Part shown: piece after piece, positions 26,126-40,871 of the stretch
Numbering within the stretch: position 1 is the first letter of the stretch
Layout of the letters: the number at the start of each line of letters is the position of its first letter
From: Conidiobolus incongruus B7586
Lineage: Eukaryota
Reading direction: 5' to 3'
NCBI GenBank assembly: GCA_000697335.1
Contig: JNEM01010494.1
Coordinates: forward strand, 62,001-126,000
DNA: 64,000 nt
Translations under genes and position numbers: made by a program
The notes under the pieces: model-generated
The model's database searches: none
Told to the model about the DNA's origin: nothing
The model's input: the letters and a program-made list of their open reading frames with translations, nothing else

Positions 26126-29100
26126 TTATAGATTATTTAATAAATCGGCCATTTCGGGATCGTCAAAATATTTGGTAATAGTAACATCTTCGCTTAATCC
26201 CTGAAATTAAAATTAATATGTATTCGAATTATAAATTCATCTATACAAATACCTTTCTACGTCTTGTCTTTAGTAAGAAATCTCTAGCCAAGTGTTGAGG
26301 AGGACTTGGTTCAAGGGGCTTTAAGACAATGGATTGATCAAGAGGATCGCCTGGTACCAGCTAATCATGTTATTTAGTCATCTATTTCAAAAGATAAATT
26401 ATAATGGAAAAGTATTACCTGCCAGTGATCGAATGACAATAAACAGAAAGCTTGACCTTGAGTATGTGTTCTAAGATCAGTTTCAAAACCAATAGAATCC
26501 ATAACAGGAATTAAAGCTTGGACAGTGTAAAGAGGAGAGCCAGATTTTGGAATTTCTTGTAAAACATGACCTCTGCGACGAGCCAGTAAATCGAAAATAA
26601 TAGAAACACAATCTGCAGGTGATTGAATTTCAACAGAATAAACTGGCTCCATCAATCTGGGGGAAGCAGTCAAGAAAGCAGAGTAGCATACTCTTCTAGT
26701 AGTAGGAATGATTTGACCACCACCGCGATAAATAGCCTCTGGAGCCAATACAGAGTCTAAAATCTTAAACTTTACATTACGAACTAGTTCGTCACAAAGT
26801 GGTCCTTCTCGAGTACCCCATTGGAAACCTTGTTTAATAGATTCTTTAACAGATCTAAGTAACTTTTTCTCTTCAGAGCTATGTACAGTATCATCCATTA
26901 ATAAGTTTGGACCTTGGTTATCAGGTCCAAAAGCCCAAATGGACCTTGAAGCCAGTATATCCCATTCGTAATTCTTTTCCATATAATTAGCAACTTCCTT
27001 AGCGGGCCAGGATAAGTTGATTTTTCCTCTTTCGATATCCTGACCAAGTCCTTTATCGAGAGGCTCAGCAATCATTGTTAATTTATTCTTCTTATTGGGT
27101 GTTTCAGCAAAGCACTTAAATGAAGAAGTTTCAACAACTGTTTCACAAAAGCTTACAACTGGATCAGCAACTTTGATATCGATTTCTGCATACATTTTGC
27201 GAAGGTCATGCATGATAGAGTCCAAATAAAGTTCACCCGTTCCAAGAATGATATGTTCTCCAGATTCTTCTACTCTAGTTTGAGAAATAGGGTAACTTTT
27301 TTGAATTTTCCTTAATCCATCAAGCATTTTTGGAAGCTCGGCGGGATTGATAGGCTCAACAGCAATTTTAAGAACGGGTCGAGTAGTAAATTTAAGTGGA
27401 GAAAAAATATATTGATCTTCACCATAAGATTCCATACTGACGATTGTTGCAGTTTTAACAATAGAGGCATCTACACCACTTAATAAGACCCAATTACCAG
27501 GACCAAGTTGAGGAACTTCGATTGAATATCTGGATACATGAATTGATACCTTTTCAACTGTTTGAACAGTCATATCTTCTTCATCTTCGATGGAATAACC
27601 TTCTCCTAAAACCCTGACTCTCATACCATTTCTAATAGTACCGCTCATGATTCTACCAAATGCATCAAATTTACTGCCATCAAGAGTTGGATAAAGCTTA
27701 GTGATATTGATCATCAAGGGTCCTGAAGGATCCAAATTGGTCATTGCTTTGGCGATCAAAGAATCCATAGGACCAGTATATGTGGAGGATGTCTTTGAGA
27801 ATGCATTGGCAAGTGGAGAAGGGATATGTTCTTTAAGCATCTCAACAAACCCATTTGAGCTTCCTCCAAAGAAAGATTGCATTACGATTTTCAATAGGTT
27901 GCGAATGTCTAAAGTGAGTTGTTTAGGAGTCAAATAGATTCCAAGGGAAGTGAGGGTCCTGTTTAAATCTTCAGGAGATTCGCCAATGGTCTATAATCAA
28001 AATGGTTAAACATATAATAGGCCAATGAAAAAATTATTTACCTGAGTGAATAATTTATATAATGGCTCCAATATGAACTTGACAAATGATCTTGTTTGTC
28101 GGTCATCTTTCTTTTTTCTTTTGAATTTGCGAGATTCAGGATCAAATACAATATCTCCCCATAATCTAAGACTAAATTCTTTTGGATCAATTCCACCATA
28201 TTGTAGCGAATACATTTGGGCAAAAGATAGAAGAGTAAAAGACCATCCGAATTGGCTACTGCAAAAACAGACATTCCCTAATTCAGGTGATATTCTCAGA
28301 TCATTATTTCCAGTAGGACAATTGGCAATAATCGAATTCACCTCCTCAATGGTATGACGTAGTTTGAAATAGGCGTCAGTGGGAGGTAACTTTAATTCTA
28401 ATATCAAACGATCAATTTTGTTAATTACAAGCACAATAGGCATATTTAATGAAATGGCATGCTCTATGATATGCTTGGTATTGCACATGACACCTTCAAT
28501 AGCATCAACCATCAAAACTACACCATCAGAAACTCTTAAACTAGCAGTAACCTCATCGATGAAATTGACATGTCCTGGTGTATCGATCAAATGAATCAGA
28601 TGGGTTTTAGTTTTTAAATCAGGCAAGAGCAAAGATATAGGACTAGATTTAATACTGCACCCTCTTTGACGTTCGAGATTATGATAATCGGTGAATCTTT
28701 GTGATTTTTCCTGTGATAAATCTAAAGTCGGGTGAGTTTCCTCCATTAACATATCCAAAAAGGACGTTTTTCCATGATGAAGATGTCCAACAACTGCAAC
28801 ACTTCTTATAAGTTCAGGGTATTCCGTTAAGCTGACTAGATAGCTAATAAATTATTAATTATTAATGCTTTGATAAAATCAGATAATTGTTTACTCTTTG
28901 CTATAAACAGTAGGAGGTAAGTCCTTTTCTACAGAATGAAATTTTTTGTTTACGATAGGTTTAATAATTGGTTCAGATAGTGGTTGAGTATCTTCTTCTT
29001 GTACAAGGGTTTCCACTTCTTCACCATATACTTCGGCGGCAGTAGGATAATACTTTTTATCTTCATGCAACACTATTTGGTTATTGGGATGATCTATATT

Positions 29101-29329
29101 AATAATTATTAGTAAATTGCTGAATGTAATTCTAAGTGTATTTACCTTGTACGCGCATCATTTGCATACCAGTATCGATCTCTTCATCGACCTCGCTATC
29201 ATTTTCTTCACTAGAGGGTTTTTTCTGTGGTTTAGCAAAGGTAGGTTCAGAGTATTCTTCATTTTCTTCTTCCTCTATTTCTTCATCTCCCAAGTAATTT
29301 CCGAATTCATCATATAAATCGTCATCCAT
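26126..29329 (-). CDS. SNU114: U5 snRNP 116 kDa GTPase (EFTUD2)
   Basis: [14 protein letters not shown] start, [52 protein letters not shown] and EF-2-like domains; stop at 26126-26128. Confidence 0.98.
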
Positions 29330-29740
29330 GTTAATTCAAATCAATTCAAAAATAAGTTGTACAGGTTTATATTTTAGTTTTGCAAATTCAGTTTGAATCA
29401 ATATTCCTATAATAATTAAGAAATATTTATAAATACTATTTCAAAATGACATAATCTTGAAAAACATAAATGCTCAAATTTATTTTTAACAATCCGTTAG
29501 ATTTATTTATGGGATCAAATTCCAAGTTTTATTATATTCATTCAATGAAGAATTCAATTTATTGATTTTCATTTAAATTTGGCATATTTTTAGTGATATC
29601 GAAAATATTATTTGCAAAATGCATTATATTAATTGATCAATTTATTTGATTAGTTTAATATGCTGATAAATATGTAGATATATTTATATTTTATTTATGA
29701 AAAAAGTCTACTGATTTATTTAAAATTCAATCTAATCATA

Positions 29741-31946
29741 TTAAGCTAATAAAAACTTTTGTTCTACAGTTTGTTTGACTTGTTGTGATGAACTATGAAC
29801 TAACTCAGCCTTAATGGTAATTACTAATTCTCTAGGATTCAAAGTATGCTTTTTACATTCTAGACTTCCTCTTAAGAAATCTCCTTGTTCAACACTCAAA
29901 GAATCTTTAAAGATAAACAAAGTTTGTTTCCAATGAGTAGCTTTACTGAATGGACCGGTGCTGAAGGCGATGGGTTGGTCCTGTCCTTCAATAATCATTT
30001 CATTAACTGCTTCATAGTTGACAGCACCGGATTCGGGGTCAATGGGTGCAATTCCGGTGTCTGAAGCCATGATCCAGTCAAGCTCTTCTTCTTTATTGGT
30101 GGTGAATAAAGTATCGAAGTAGCCAAATAAACCATGCAAAGTTCCTGATTTAGTCATCAATAATTGGAACTCAGTAGTGAATTCAAGTTCAGAAACATCG
30201 ATATTCATCAAATTCAATTCCTGGAAATGATATTAATAGTGATTAAATTAATGTTTGATTTAAATTCACCTTAATACTGAATAAGTTGGTAATCACAGTG
30301 CTCTTGTCCAAAACATCAACCAAAGCTTCATCATAGCTCATGGATTTCATGGAAGTCATTTTGAATCCATATACATTGTCCCAGAATTCAAATTTATCCT
30401 TTATGAGGTGATCATCCATGAAACCAGCTAACATCATTTGGCAATAGTTGGGGGCTAATAAGCCATCGGGCTTAAGATATTTCTTCTTAGCAACAAGGAC
30501 GGAATCTAACATGGATTCGAACAAAAGGAAGTATCCCATCCATTCAGAAATAATGATATCAACTTCAGGGACAGGAAGCTGAATTTCTTCAATCTTGCCT
30601 CGAATAAGAGTGATCTTATCTTCAAAGTTGTTTTCTTTGATGTTAAGCTTGGCTTTTTCGATGATATCAGAGTTGTCAACAGAATAAACATGTTTAGCAC
30701 CAGCTTGAGCAGCGAACATAGAGAGAATCCCGGTACCGCAGCCTACATCCAAGACAACCTAAGTAATTTGTATTTAATTTATATTCCATTTAATTAAAGC
30801 ATTTTGAATACCTTATCCTTGAAGTATTCAGAGTTTTTCAAAATAAAATCTCTATAGCCATCAGTTCTAATGGAATCCTAAGGGATTGTAAATATTAGCT
30901 ATAAACTCATTAACACTAATAATATTTACCTTGATCATTTGTTCATGAATGTCAACACCAGCATAGCTTTCAAAATAATAGTCGCCTTCAATTTTCATAT
31001 CCTTTACTTGATGCTGGATGCTCTTAACATCTTCATCATTATCTCCCTGAACTTCATTGACTAAAGGATCATAAAAAGATTCTTTAACCATGAGCTTGTA
31101 TTGTTCGAATTGCTCTTTTAAAGCTGCCAATTGACTTTCAGCACTCTTAAGTTTTTTCTTATTTTGTCTGAATTGATAAATTAAAGTTTCACCTTCGATT
31201 GTGGATACTGTATAATATACAAAAGTTAATGAGTTTTAAATAATATATGGATGTAATTACATCTTTCACTATATGTTGATTGAGTACTAAATTGAGAAAT
31301 AGCACCTTCGAAAATATCTTCAAAAGCTATAAAATCAATTTCAAGTCAATGATTGTTGAATTGAAATAAACGATGGAATAGTATTTACCATATAAAAGAG
31401 GATCTTCAGAGAGATGGGGGACTAATAAATTGTCATCTTGAAATAGAGGTTCTTTACCAGTGAATTTAACCTTAAAAATACTATCCAAATCATTTTCATC
31501 AACCTTTTTTCTAATATAATTTAAAAATCTAACAGATTGATAAAAATCCAATTCTAAACCAATTATTAATAAGAATAAACTGAATAGTATAATATCATCA
31601 GTTACTTAATTTTAATTTTAATTCTAAAAAATCAAAATGATGGAGTTGTCTACAATGAAAAAATAATTCACTGGAACTGTCGAACTTTTCAGAACAAAAT
31701 AAACACTTCATATCTTTAGAATATTCATTTTCAGAATCGTTCCAATCTGAATAATTTTCCATATCTATTATACAATCATATATATATAATGATATCATAT
31801 ATTACATATTCCATTGTATAAATACCTTGATAATCTTCAATTCCAAATTCAGAATCTGAGACTGAAACATAATCTTTTTCAACTGAACTCTAAAAAGTTA
31901 TTCATTAAATTATATTAAAACTTCGATTCAAATAATAGTTCACCAT
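29741..31946 (-). CDS. RMT3: Protein arginine N-methyltransferase 3 (C2H2 zinc finger plus type I PRMT core)
   Basis: CLFC...HCRQLH zinc finger, YFESYA..DIHEQM, VLDVGCGTGILSMFAA, IISEWMGYFLLFESML and THW loop. First exon appears to be the ATG alone (31944-31946). Confidence 0.93.
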
Positions 31947-33494
31947 TTTAAAATTATTATAATTTTTTTATTAATTGATGGACTAATTATAATATTAATT
32001 TCAATATTGAATTTTTGTTATTTTTGTTTCGAAATTTTGAAAATTAATAACTTTAAATAGTCGCATAGATAATTTAAAAATTATGGGATTTTGAATATAT
32101 TATCATTCTCATTTCTATACTTCTAATATTATTATCTTTTTTTAATAACATTTAAAATAATAATTGAAATTATGAATAATATAATCAAATTTTATTAATA
32201 AAAATCCATTTATTCTTTGATCAAATATTCAGTTTTTTAAATATATATATATATATATAATGAAATTTCACTAAACTTTACTTGTATATAATATTCCTTG
32301 TGTTAGTATATATTCTTTTCATCTCTTTAAATTATAAAGCAATATATTTACAATATTTTAACCAAAAGTTTTAATTAATAATTATTTGTATATATCAGCG
32401 ATGGTATTAGTATTTGAATTGGTCCAAAAGTTTAATACTCCTTAATAGACTTTAAAAACTAATTATTAACTTGTCAATATTAGAAAATTTGATGGCATTA
32501 AAATATAAAAAAATATTTGATTGATTATATTGATTCAATTGTAGTTATAAATTATTCATTTATTATATAATTTCATTCAAACTTATTATTTTAATATGTA
32601 AAAGCGAGGAGTTGAATTTTTGAAAGGAAATTATAATTTCATCATAATTTTATTCTAATATATTAATATTCCTTATCAATAATATTACAATATAACAATT
32701 ATCTGGTTTTTGAATACATTTCATTTGAAATAGTTTATGATATTCAAATAGAAAAGTCATTGATTAAACCAATCAGTTTCTTTTTTCTGAATAATGTGTT
32801 TAATGTATTATTTCAATTCTTTATCAATAGTTGAGACCATAGTTGACTTTAACATAAACCAAACATATACTTTAATTATTTTCAATTAATCCTATCAAAG
32901 TATATCAAGAAAGAATTCTATACAAACAATGAAAATAAGACCTTAATAATATTTGATGATAATTTTTATCCTTATAAAACGCTACAAATATTAAATTAAA
33001 TTCTACCTAATTTAAAAGATTATTCAACCTTATAAGATATATTTTGTTACAAATTGGAACTGATTTTGGATTGTATTCTCAAATTTGAAATTATAATGGA
33101 TCCTCCATTCTCACTCAAACATAGTTCATAACTCTCCATATTAGGAGAATTCCTTTAAATTAATTAAATATTATATGATTCTTGTATAAATAAACAAGTC
33201 AAAGAAGGATAGATTATTCTTATAAATAAAATTTATTATTTATAAAAATAATATAGTGTAATTATTTTATAATAAACAATTATACTCTAATACTTCTCAT
33301 TCATTCATTCATTAGTAGATAAATTTATTTAATTAATTTCTATAATATTGTAATGATTTTTAATTAGATTGGTAAAGTTGTTTATATTTGATTAATCTGT
33401 TAGAAGAATTATTCAGCCTTATTGAAACAAATATGATTGAAAATTAGACAATTAAATCAATATATTATTTTATTAGTAAATTTTTATAATATTA

Positions 33495-34625
33495 TTAATC
33501 CCCATATTTTGGAGGGAAGACATAAGATGGAGGTTGATTAAATTCAATACTAAGCTTTGTTTTGGGTAGATTTTGAAACTGAAAAGGCACTTCGTATGCA
33601 AATAAACATTGATTAAAGGTATGGAAATGGAATTTGATGATGACATGATGAACCGAGTTGATTTCTTTGCAATTGGATGAGTCAACCCAGTCTAAACCCT
33701 TGGGAATAAATAGCGCGACCCCTAGCGTAGCTTTTGTAGGATCGTCCTGGCACACAACAAGTCGATGAGTTTGTAGGATTTGTGTGTTGGTCTTGGTTAA
33801 TACTACTTCACCATCCTTGATGACCCTGACCTCCTGTTTTAAAGAGAAGCTGGCATGAGTAGGGAAGAACGCGCTGTTCTTCATTTTCCAAAGATCTAAA
33901 GTAGCAGTGAAATGATTCTCCTTAGCAAAGATCATTTCGGGCAACTTGAATTTGTACATCACATTGTCTCGCTGATAGGTATGGAACTGGACTTTGATGG
34001 GCTCATTCAGCTGGTGCAGCTGCAACACAGATCGGATCAACTTCATGGGCTTGACTATTCTATGGATATTATTGGGGAGCTGGTCGGAATGGATTTCTAC
34101 AGAAATGGTATAGAAGATGGAGGCAATGCTTGAGTGGTAGGTGGGAGGGATTTCACCCCATATAATGAACTCAAAAGGAATTGTATGAACTCCGGTTTCA
34201 AAAGCCTCGACTTGATCAACCATTGCATGTTCTTGATCATTGTGGACGATTTGGCAAGGATCACTACTCCTCACTCTACCATTCGGTGAAGTGGTTCTCC
34301 TGCCTCTCCACATCATTGAAAGTTTTGGCCTTCCTTTAATTTTCATATACCCGTTGAATTCGAAAAAGATTCTGCTTATTAATAAAGGCTCCGTCAGTTT
34401 AAACTCCAGAATGCCCTGAATAATAGTGTTGCAAATATCTGTGGTGCCTATGCATATTAGAAATTTAGGAACTCTAATATAACTTTGAAATAATGGAGTT
34501 CTTTGTAGATTAATTGATTTTAGCTTAAATATTTTCTCAGTAATTGAGCTAAATCCTTTGTGAGGATTATCATCTTTATAGGATTCAAAGACTAAATGAC
34601 TATTCCCATTATTATTTACATTCAT
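33495..34625 (-). CDS. Alpha-arrestin-like protein
   Basis: Intronless 376-aa ORF; GVHTIPFEFII..EIPPT......SIFYTI arrestin-N signature; C-terminal PPSY and PPKY (PPxY) motifs. Confidence 0.8.
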   Translation of the reverse strand: MNVNNNGNSHLVFESYKDDNPHKGFSSITEKIFKLKSINLQRTPLFQSYIRVPKFLICIGTTDICNTIIQGILEFKLTEPLLISRIFFEFNGYMKIKGRPKLSMMWRGRRTTSPNGRVRSSDPCQIVHNDQEHAMVDQVEAFETGVHTIPFEFIIWGEIPPTYHSSIASIFYTISVEIHSDQLPNNIHRIVKPMKLIRSVLQLHQLNEPIKVQFHTYQRDNVMYKFKLPEMIFAKENHFTATLDLWKMKNSAFFPTHASFSLKQEVRVIKDGEVVLTKTNTQILQTHRLVVCQDDPTKATLGVALFIPKGLDWVDSSNCKEINSVHHVIIKFHFHTFNQCLFAYEVPFQFQNLPKTKLSIEFNQPPSYVFPPKYGD

Positions 34626-36959
34626 ATTGATAAATAAACAATAGCCAGTTTAAATGAGTAAACCACAAGTCACTATACTAACTCAATAGAATAATTAAAA
34701 TATCAAAAATATTTCTTTAATGATATTGGATGATAAGGATATTTAAATTTATTTAATTTTATTTAAATTTATCACATCTTAACACTCAATATCACCCTGT
34801 GACTTATTTTACCAATTAAATGCTATTTTGAAGTTTCAATTTAAAACGCACTTTTAAATGCCAAAGTCATATTTGAATTATTTTATTTTATTAACAGAAA
34901 ATTGAAAAATCATAATATCATTATAATAACAGAACAACAAAGATAAAATATTATGAAAGTTTCATTAAATGCTATAATTTCAGAGAATAGAATATTACAC
35001 ATTATATAGTTTAGTATTCAATATCAATTAATCGCTATATCAATAACTTATCTGGAATTTATATTTGATTTGAATTTCATTAAAATCTAATCATTATTAT
35101 AAATTGAGCATTTCATATTGATTGTCGTATTATTAAATCAGTAGTTATAAAACAATATTATCAGGCATAGAGACTTATATTTCTGCTATATATCATTACA
35201 TAATAACTAAATACAGCAAACCTTAATATAATTTGTTATTTACCAATGAATAATAACATTTAGATATATATACATATGAATAAGAATATTAAAAAATTTG
35301 TCAAATTTTATTCCAAATTAAGTAATACGCAATTTTGATCAATATTATTTAATTAGTTAACCCAAAATTATTCTAGATTAATGAACAATACGTAAAAGTA
35401 TCAATCTCAAATTGTCATATTATTTATACCTGTTAAAAGGATAATAAAGCTGAAAAAATTTTCTCGAATTAGCATTCTTTATCATGTTTAGCCCAATCAT
35501 ACTGATATTCGCAATAAACTGAGATTTTTTTATTTATATCATTGGACTTTTAAAAATAAGCTTGTAATTCGAGAGAATTACTTCTTGATAAGTAAATAAA
35601 TTTGACGTTATAAATACATAGAAATAGTATTCATTATATATTAAATTAATATTTTAAATTATTTCTAAAATTATTAGACTAATTTAAATAATCAATAAAT
35701 CCCAATATTAAGTCATAATAATTTATTAAGAAATATAAAAAAAGAATATATTGTCTATAAAAATGCAAAATATCTAGAGTATTTTTCCAATTTCAATACC
35801 AGTATTTGTATAAAATATAAAAGATCAAATAATCAAACAAATTTCACCTAATTAATTCATAATACTCATTCCCAATTGATAATATCTCATTAAGTACTTT
35901 TATAATTTTATCAAGTCATAAACTCACTCATGTACATATATTTTTATTGGTGTATGAAAATTTGATTATTTAAAAATTGTTTCAAATTGTTTTATTAATT
36001 TATCAAATTTTATAGATATTTAGTTGAAAATGGATAGTGTGCATGATAAAAGATAATATATTAAAAATAAGTATCAGCTTTATAGTATAGCAATAAATGT
36101 TCATTAATAAAGAGCTTTACTTTAGTGTTAAAATTTATCAAATATTATTTCAACTATGTAATGAAAATGAAAAGATTTTCAAGTATTTAATCTCTATATT
36201 ATTAAGCAATTGAATATATTGATATAATAACAAAAAGCTTGAGTAACTATAATTTAAAAACTATTTTATTTTTATTTCAAAATATTATAATTATTTTTTA
36301 AACCTAATTTTTGAATCGAATCAATCAAATCATAAACGAAATGATATATATGTTATAATAACTTTATAACAACATGCCTATATATTTTTAAAATTACTCA
36401 ATATGAATATTCTAATATCATTATTGTATAAAATATCTTACCAATATTGTGGATTTTTAATATGTATTAAGAATAATAATTTTTATACCAAGTCTAATGA
36501 AATGTGTTTCAAATTATTGATGATATCATTTTTGATTTTTTTTTGCTCTATCACTGATTTTTTAATCCTAGAATATATATTGCAAACTTGTGCTTTTAAA
36601 ATATATTATTCAACTATTATTATGAATCATTTTTGATAATATATAAGTTTATATCTCAATTTTTCACATTATATTCATCTATACAAACATATTAGTGATC
36701 ATATATTAATTTTATATTAAATTAAAAATAATTATTTGTAAAATATTTTTGATAATGATTGCCTTTATATGTAATATTAAGGTTAAATATATTGACTTTA
36801 ATTCAATTATACATTAAATATTGAAAGCCCAAATATATAGAAAAATTTAAAATTCTCAATACATTGTTTTTTGAGCTTTATAATTTTAAGTTAATATATA
36901 GTAAATATATTTTTTAATATCTATAAAATTATATAAGTTTCGATATTTGGATATATATT

Positions 36960-37108
36960 ATTGCTTGTAACTAATTTTATCCAAGGTTAATTATATATGA
37001 TTACCTTAGTCCAAGCCTTGTATGGAGTCTGGAGACCTTAATAAGATAAACCATAATATTAATTTTAGAAGGTTAATTTGGTTAATTGTTAAGTGATATA
37101 AGAATATA
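36960..37108 (+). repeat. Decayed dispersed repeat, copy A (homologous to 42962-43113, opposite strand)
   Basis: 37026-37108 aligns ungapped to the reverse complement of 42962-43044 (57/83 identical by hand count, starting with a 13-nt exact match). Weaker similarity continues upstream. Confidence 0.7.
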
Positions 37109-38684
37109 TAGAAATTTTAATATTGAATCAATTTCAAATAATATTGAAGCTTGTAAAATTTTTATCACAAATAATTGGCTAATATCAAAGGAATCCTTGT
37201 ATTTTGTTAATTTAACTTTGCTTAAATTTATAATCAAGTTATATTATCGCTGTTCTGTTATTATTATTTTAAATATAATTATTAGCCTTTAATAAAATTT
37301 TTATGCCTTACGTTTAAGATTTATAATAAAATATTATTTAAAAATTAATTAAGGGTTATATTATATATAAGGTTAATAATTTAGTATTTGATTTATTAAT
37401 TTATATCCTCAGTAAGCATTTTTTTAGATTATATATTTTGTACCTTATTATAAGTATAGAAAAATAATAAAACCTTCATTTTCTATTTTTCTATTAAATA
37501 AACAAATTATAAAGAGAACTGGTAAATTTATGCATATTAGGATCAAAAGCCAGAATTCCTCTTTTTTATTTTATTCTCTTCATGAGCTTGCTGTTATTTC
37601 TAGTTTCTAGTGACATTAAAATATTAAGACAAAATATATCAAATTAAATAATAGCAAGATGTTATTAAGGTTTTTTTATAACCAAAGGAATCTAGTGCTA
37701 ATTAGGATTGATCAAATCAACTTTATATGCAATATTTTAAATAGTTATATCATAATTATTAGGTAAATTAAATATATTAAGTTTTTACGAAAGATGGTAC
37801 TATGTTTATTTGGCTGATTATAAAATATCTACACTAAATGAAACATAATAATTTTAACTCAATACAAAATAATTAAAGTTTAAGTTTTCAATGAATGAAA
37901 CCATTAAACCAAGGATTCACGACTTAATAAAGTTTCAATAGAATGTAATTAAATTAGATAGAATAAAAATAAAATCCAAAATCAAATATGCCAAAATTGA
38001 CATTTAAACATGTACAGTTTGAAACTAAAAACTCTGTAAAATAAAATACAAATAACTGTGTTGCAAATGATAGTTTATCTAGGCTCTTGTTAAATATTCA
38101 TATGCATGCTCGGAACTAGTACAAATTCCAGAAAGCGTTAAAGTTAATAGCTGATATGCTGTAATTTAATTAACTGATGTTAATAAATAATATATAAATT
38201 AATAAAATATAAAAATATCGGATGAAAAAATCCTCTCAAAATATCTGAATTCTAAATGAAGAAATTTTGAACAATTTATTTCTTTATATAATTTTTTTTA
38301 TTCTTCCTACAATGACAATTCAACCGAATCTTTCCGTTTAAAAATAACATCATATATGTTATTTAATGAATAACTCCGTTAGATTCTTTGAATATACTCC
38401 AATCTCTGGAAAGTTCTTAAATAAAAAATACCATTCATTTGTATAATTTAATATTGATAAACTTAGTTCCACATTTATCAAAAATCTATTTCAAAATTAT
38501 TAAATAATTTTAGTAATCAAATTTTATACAAATTTAGATAAATTCACGTAAATTTAATTATCATCTGTTAAACTACCCTTATCATTTTTCAACATTCCGA
38601 TATTTATCCGATATATTCGTATATAAATAAACACTGAACTCTAAATTCTTAAATATAGCAACTACTATAATTCGAATTGATATA

Positions 38685-39847
38685 ATGACTAAAATTATTA
38701 AAGTTGAAAAAATTATTATTTATCCTGTCAAATCTTGTAAAGGGATCGAGTTAGATCAATGTCAAGTTACCGAAAGTACTCAATATACTTAATAACTAAT
38801 CAATATATATTGACTTAATTCTTTATTCCATAGACGGCTTTGAATTGGATAGAAAATATGTAATTATAGATAAAAATGATAAAATGATTACTGGAAGAAC
38901 GTACCCTAAAGTAAATGGTATCTTAAAAATACTGATATCGATTTTGACTGGTACTATTTTTTAGACTGTCATTATTGAAACTAAAATTATTGAAAACAAT
39001 AATGAAACTTTTGTTCAGTTATCTTATGAAGACTTTGAACCTTTGTTATTAACCACCGATATCAGGTAACTTGAATATTGTTTTTAGTAGTATATTGTGA
39101 TTAAGTGAAATATAGTAAAATAAAAATAACAACTGATAAAACTATCGTTAAAATTTGGAATTACGAAATCAATGGCTATTATATGGGGGATGAAGCTGCC
39201 AATTGGGTTTCTAAAGTGTTGGAAACTGAAGCTAGGATCTTTATGAAGGCTGAAGACGCTCGCAAACCTGAAGATATTGAATTAGATCATTTGGAATTTG
39301 TTCCTAAAGTATATTAAAATATATGTATTATATTGGCATTGATTGATATTGATATTTGTCTAGTTTAATTTTGCTGATAAATTTCCATTCAACTTTGTAT
39401 CTCATAGCTCAATCGACAGCTTGAAAAAAGAACTCCCCTCAGATGAATTAAAGCAATCAGTTAATGCTAATAACTTTAGACCAAATTTGATATTGAGTGG
39501 ATCTGATCCATATGAAGAAGATCATTGGTCAAAAATCCAAATTGACAATGTGAAATTCCAAGGAGTTGAGCCTTGTTCGAGATGCACTTTCCCAAATGTC
39601 AATCCCGAGAATGGAGTTGCACATCCCACTGAGCCTTCAAAGACATTGATGAAGCACAGACGAGTGTATCCTAACATTGCTCGATTCAAATCATTTATAG
39701 GCGCTCATTTTATCCATTCATCTCAAGGTAACTGACTTTTATTGGTTTGAGTGTTAATATATCTAATATTCCTTATTTATAATAGGTATTGTGAAAGTGG
39801 GAGATATTATCACAATTCATTCAGTTGAAGATCGCAGTCCTAAATAG
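38685..39847 (+). CDS. MOSC-domain protein (mARC/YcbX-like)
   Basis: IIYPVKSCKG, DRKYVI, FADKFPF, FRPNLILSGSDPYEEDHW, PCSRCTFPNVNPENG and GIVKVGD across about 6 exons. Confidence 0.92.
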
Positions 39848-39945
39848 CTTAACATGCATATCAATAAATTGTATAATGCAATATTAACAATTAATTTTAT
39901 TTAAACTTCAATTAATATTCTCTAATCAATTAATTATATATATAA

Positions 39946-40871
39946 TTATGGGTCAATTTTAACTTCAATACTAAACGCTGAACTTGTATCGAATTCCTCT
40001 AAGGTGGATCTAACACGATTAATGTCATCCATTTTTTCTTTTCCTACAATCTTCAATCTAATTAAAATCATAAAGAGAGTAGACACTATGCTTAGGAATA
40101 TCATCCCACTGATAAGTGGTGGAGGCGCTTCATAGATACGATGCCAGCCTACTTGATTGAACTGAACATAGCCAAATTCGACTCCTAGATCAATACCATG
40201 GAATATTAATTCTACCCCATTCCAATTGATGCAGACCAATATCGCCCAATCTTTGAAGCTTAAGCCTATCATCATCCCACAAATGCCCAAGCATATTGTG
40301 AACACTGTCCTTGCTAGAGGATAAGAGATGATTCCCATGCGAATAATAGCCATTCCGATGAGTAGCCCAGAGAGAAGAGAAATTTGAGCTATGATTATCA
40401 TTGGCTTTTTATACGCGAAATACGCACTAATTACACCAATTACGAAACAGCATGATATCAAAGATAATTTCCAATAAAACCACTGGTTTTCGGCAAAATT
40501 AATCAGTTGACTTGCAATCAATATCAAAAAGAAAGCTATCGATAAAGTAAATATATGAACAATTATATATAATATAGCAAATTACCACATCCAAAAGCAC
40601 CCATTATCATTAGTTTAATCTTCAGCCATTTTTTCATTGGAAAAATTAAAAACAGGCCAAGTATTGCGAAAATGCCTCCACATACATTTTCATAAGTGTC
40701 TTCTAATTCCTCATAATTTTGCCTACCTAGAATGATGTAAATATGAGCGATAGTATTATTACAGAGAAGATAAAGTATATCACCTATGTTAGAAGCATTA
40801 TCCCATCCTTTACCATCGTTAATACAATATATTCTCGCTACATAAACTAAATAAATAATTAAAAATTCCAT
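39946..40871 (-). CDS. Multi-pass membrane protein, DUF4203/TM7S3-TMEM198-like
   Basis: Two ORF-track segments joined by a GT-AG intron near 40540-40585; signal-like N-terminus and several Gly-rich transmembrane helices; G-x4-F-x-GID-x4 segment. Confidence 0.6.
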
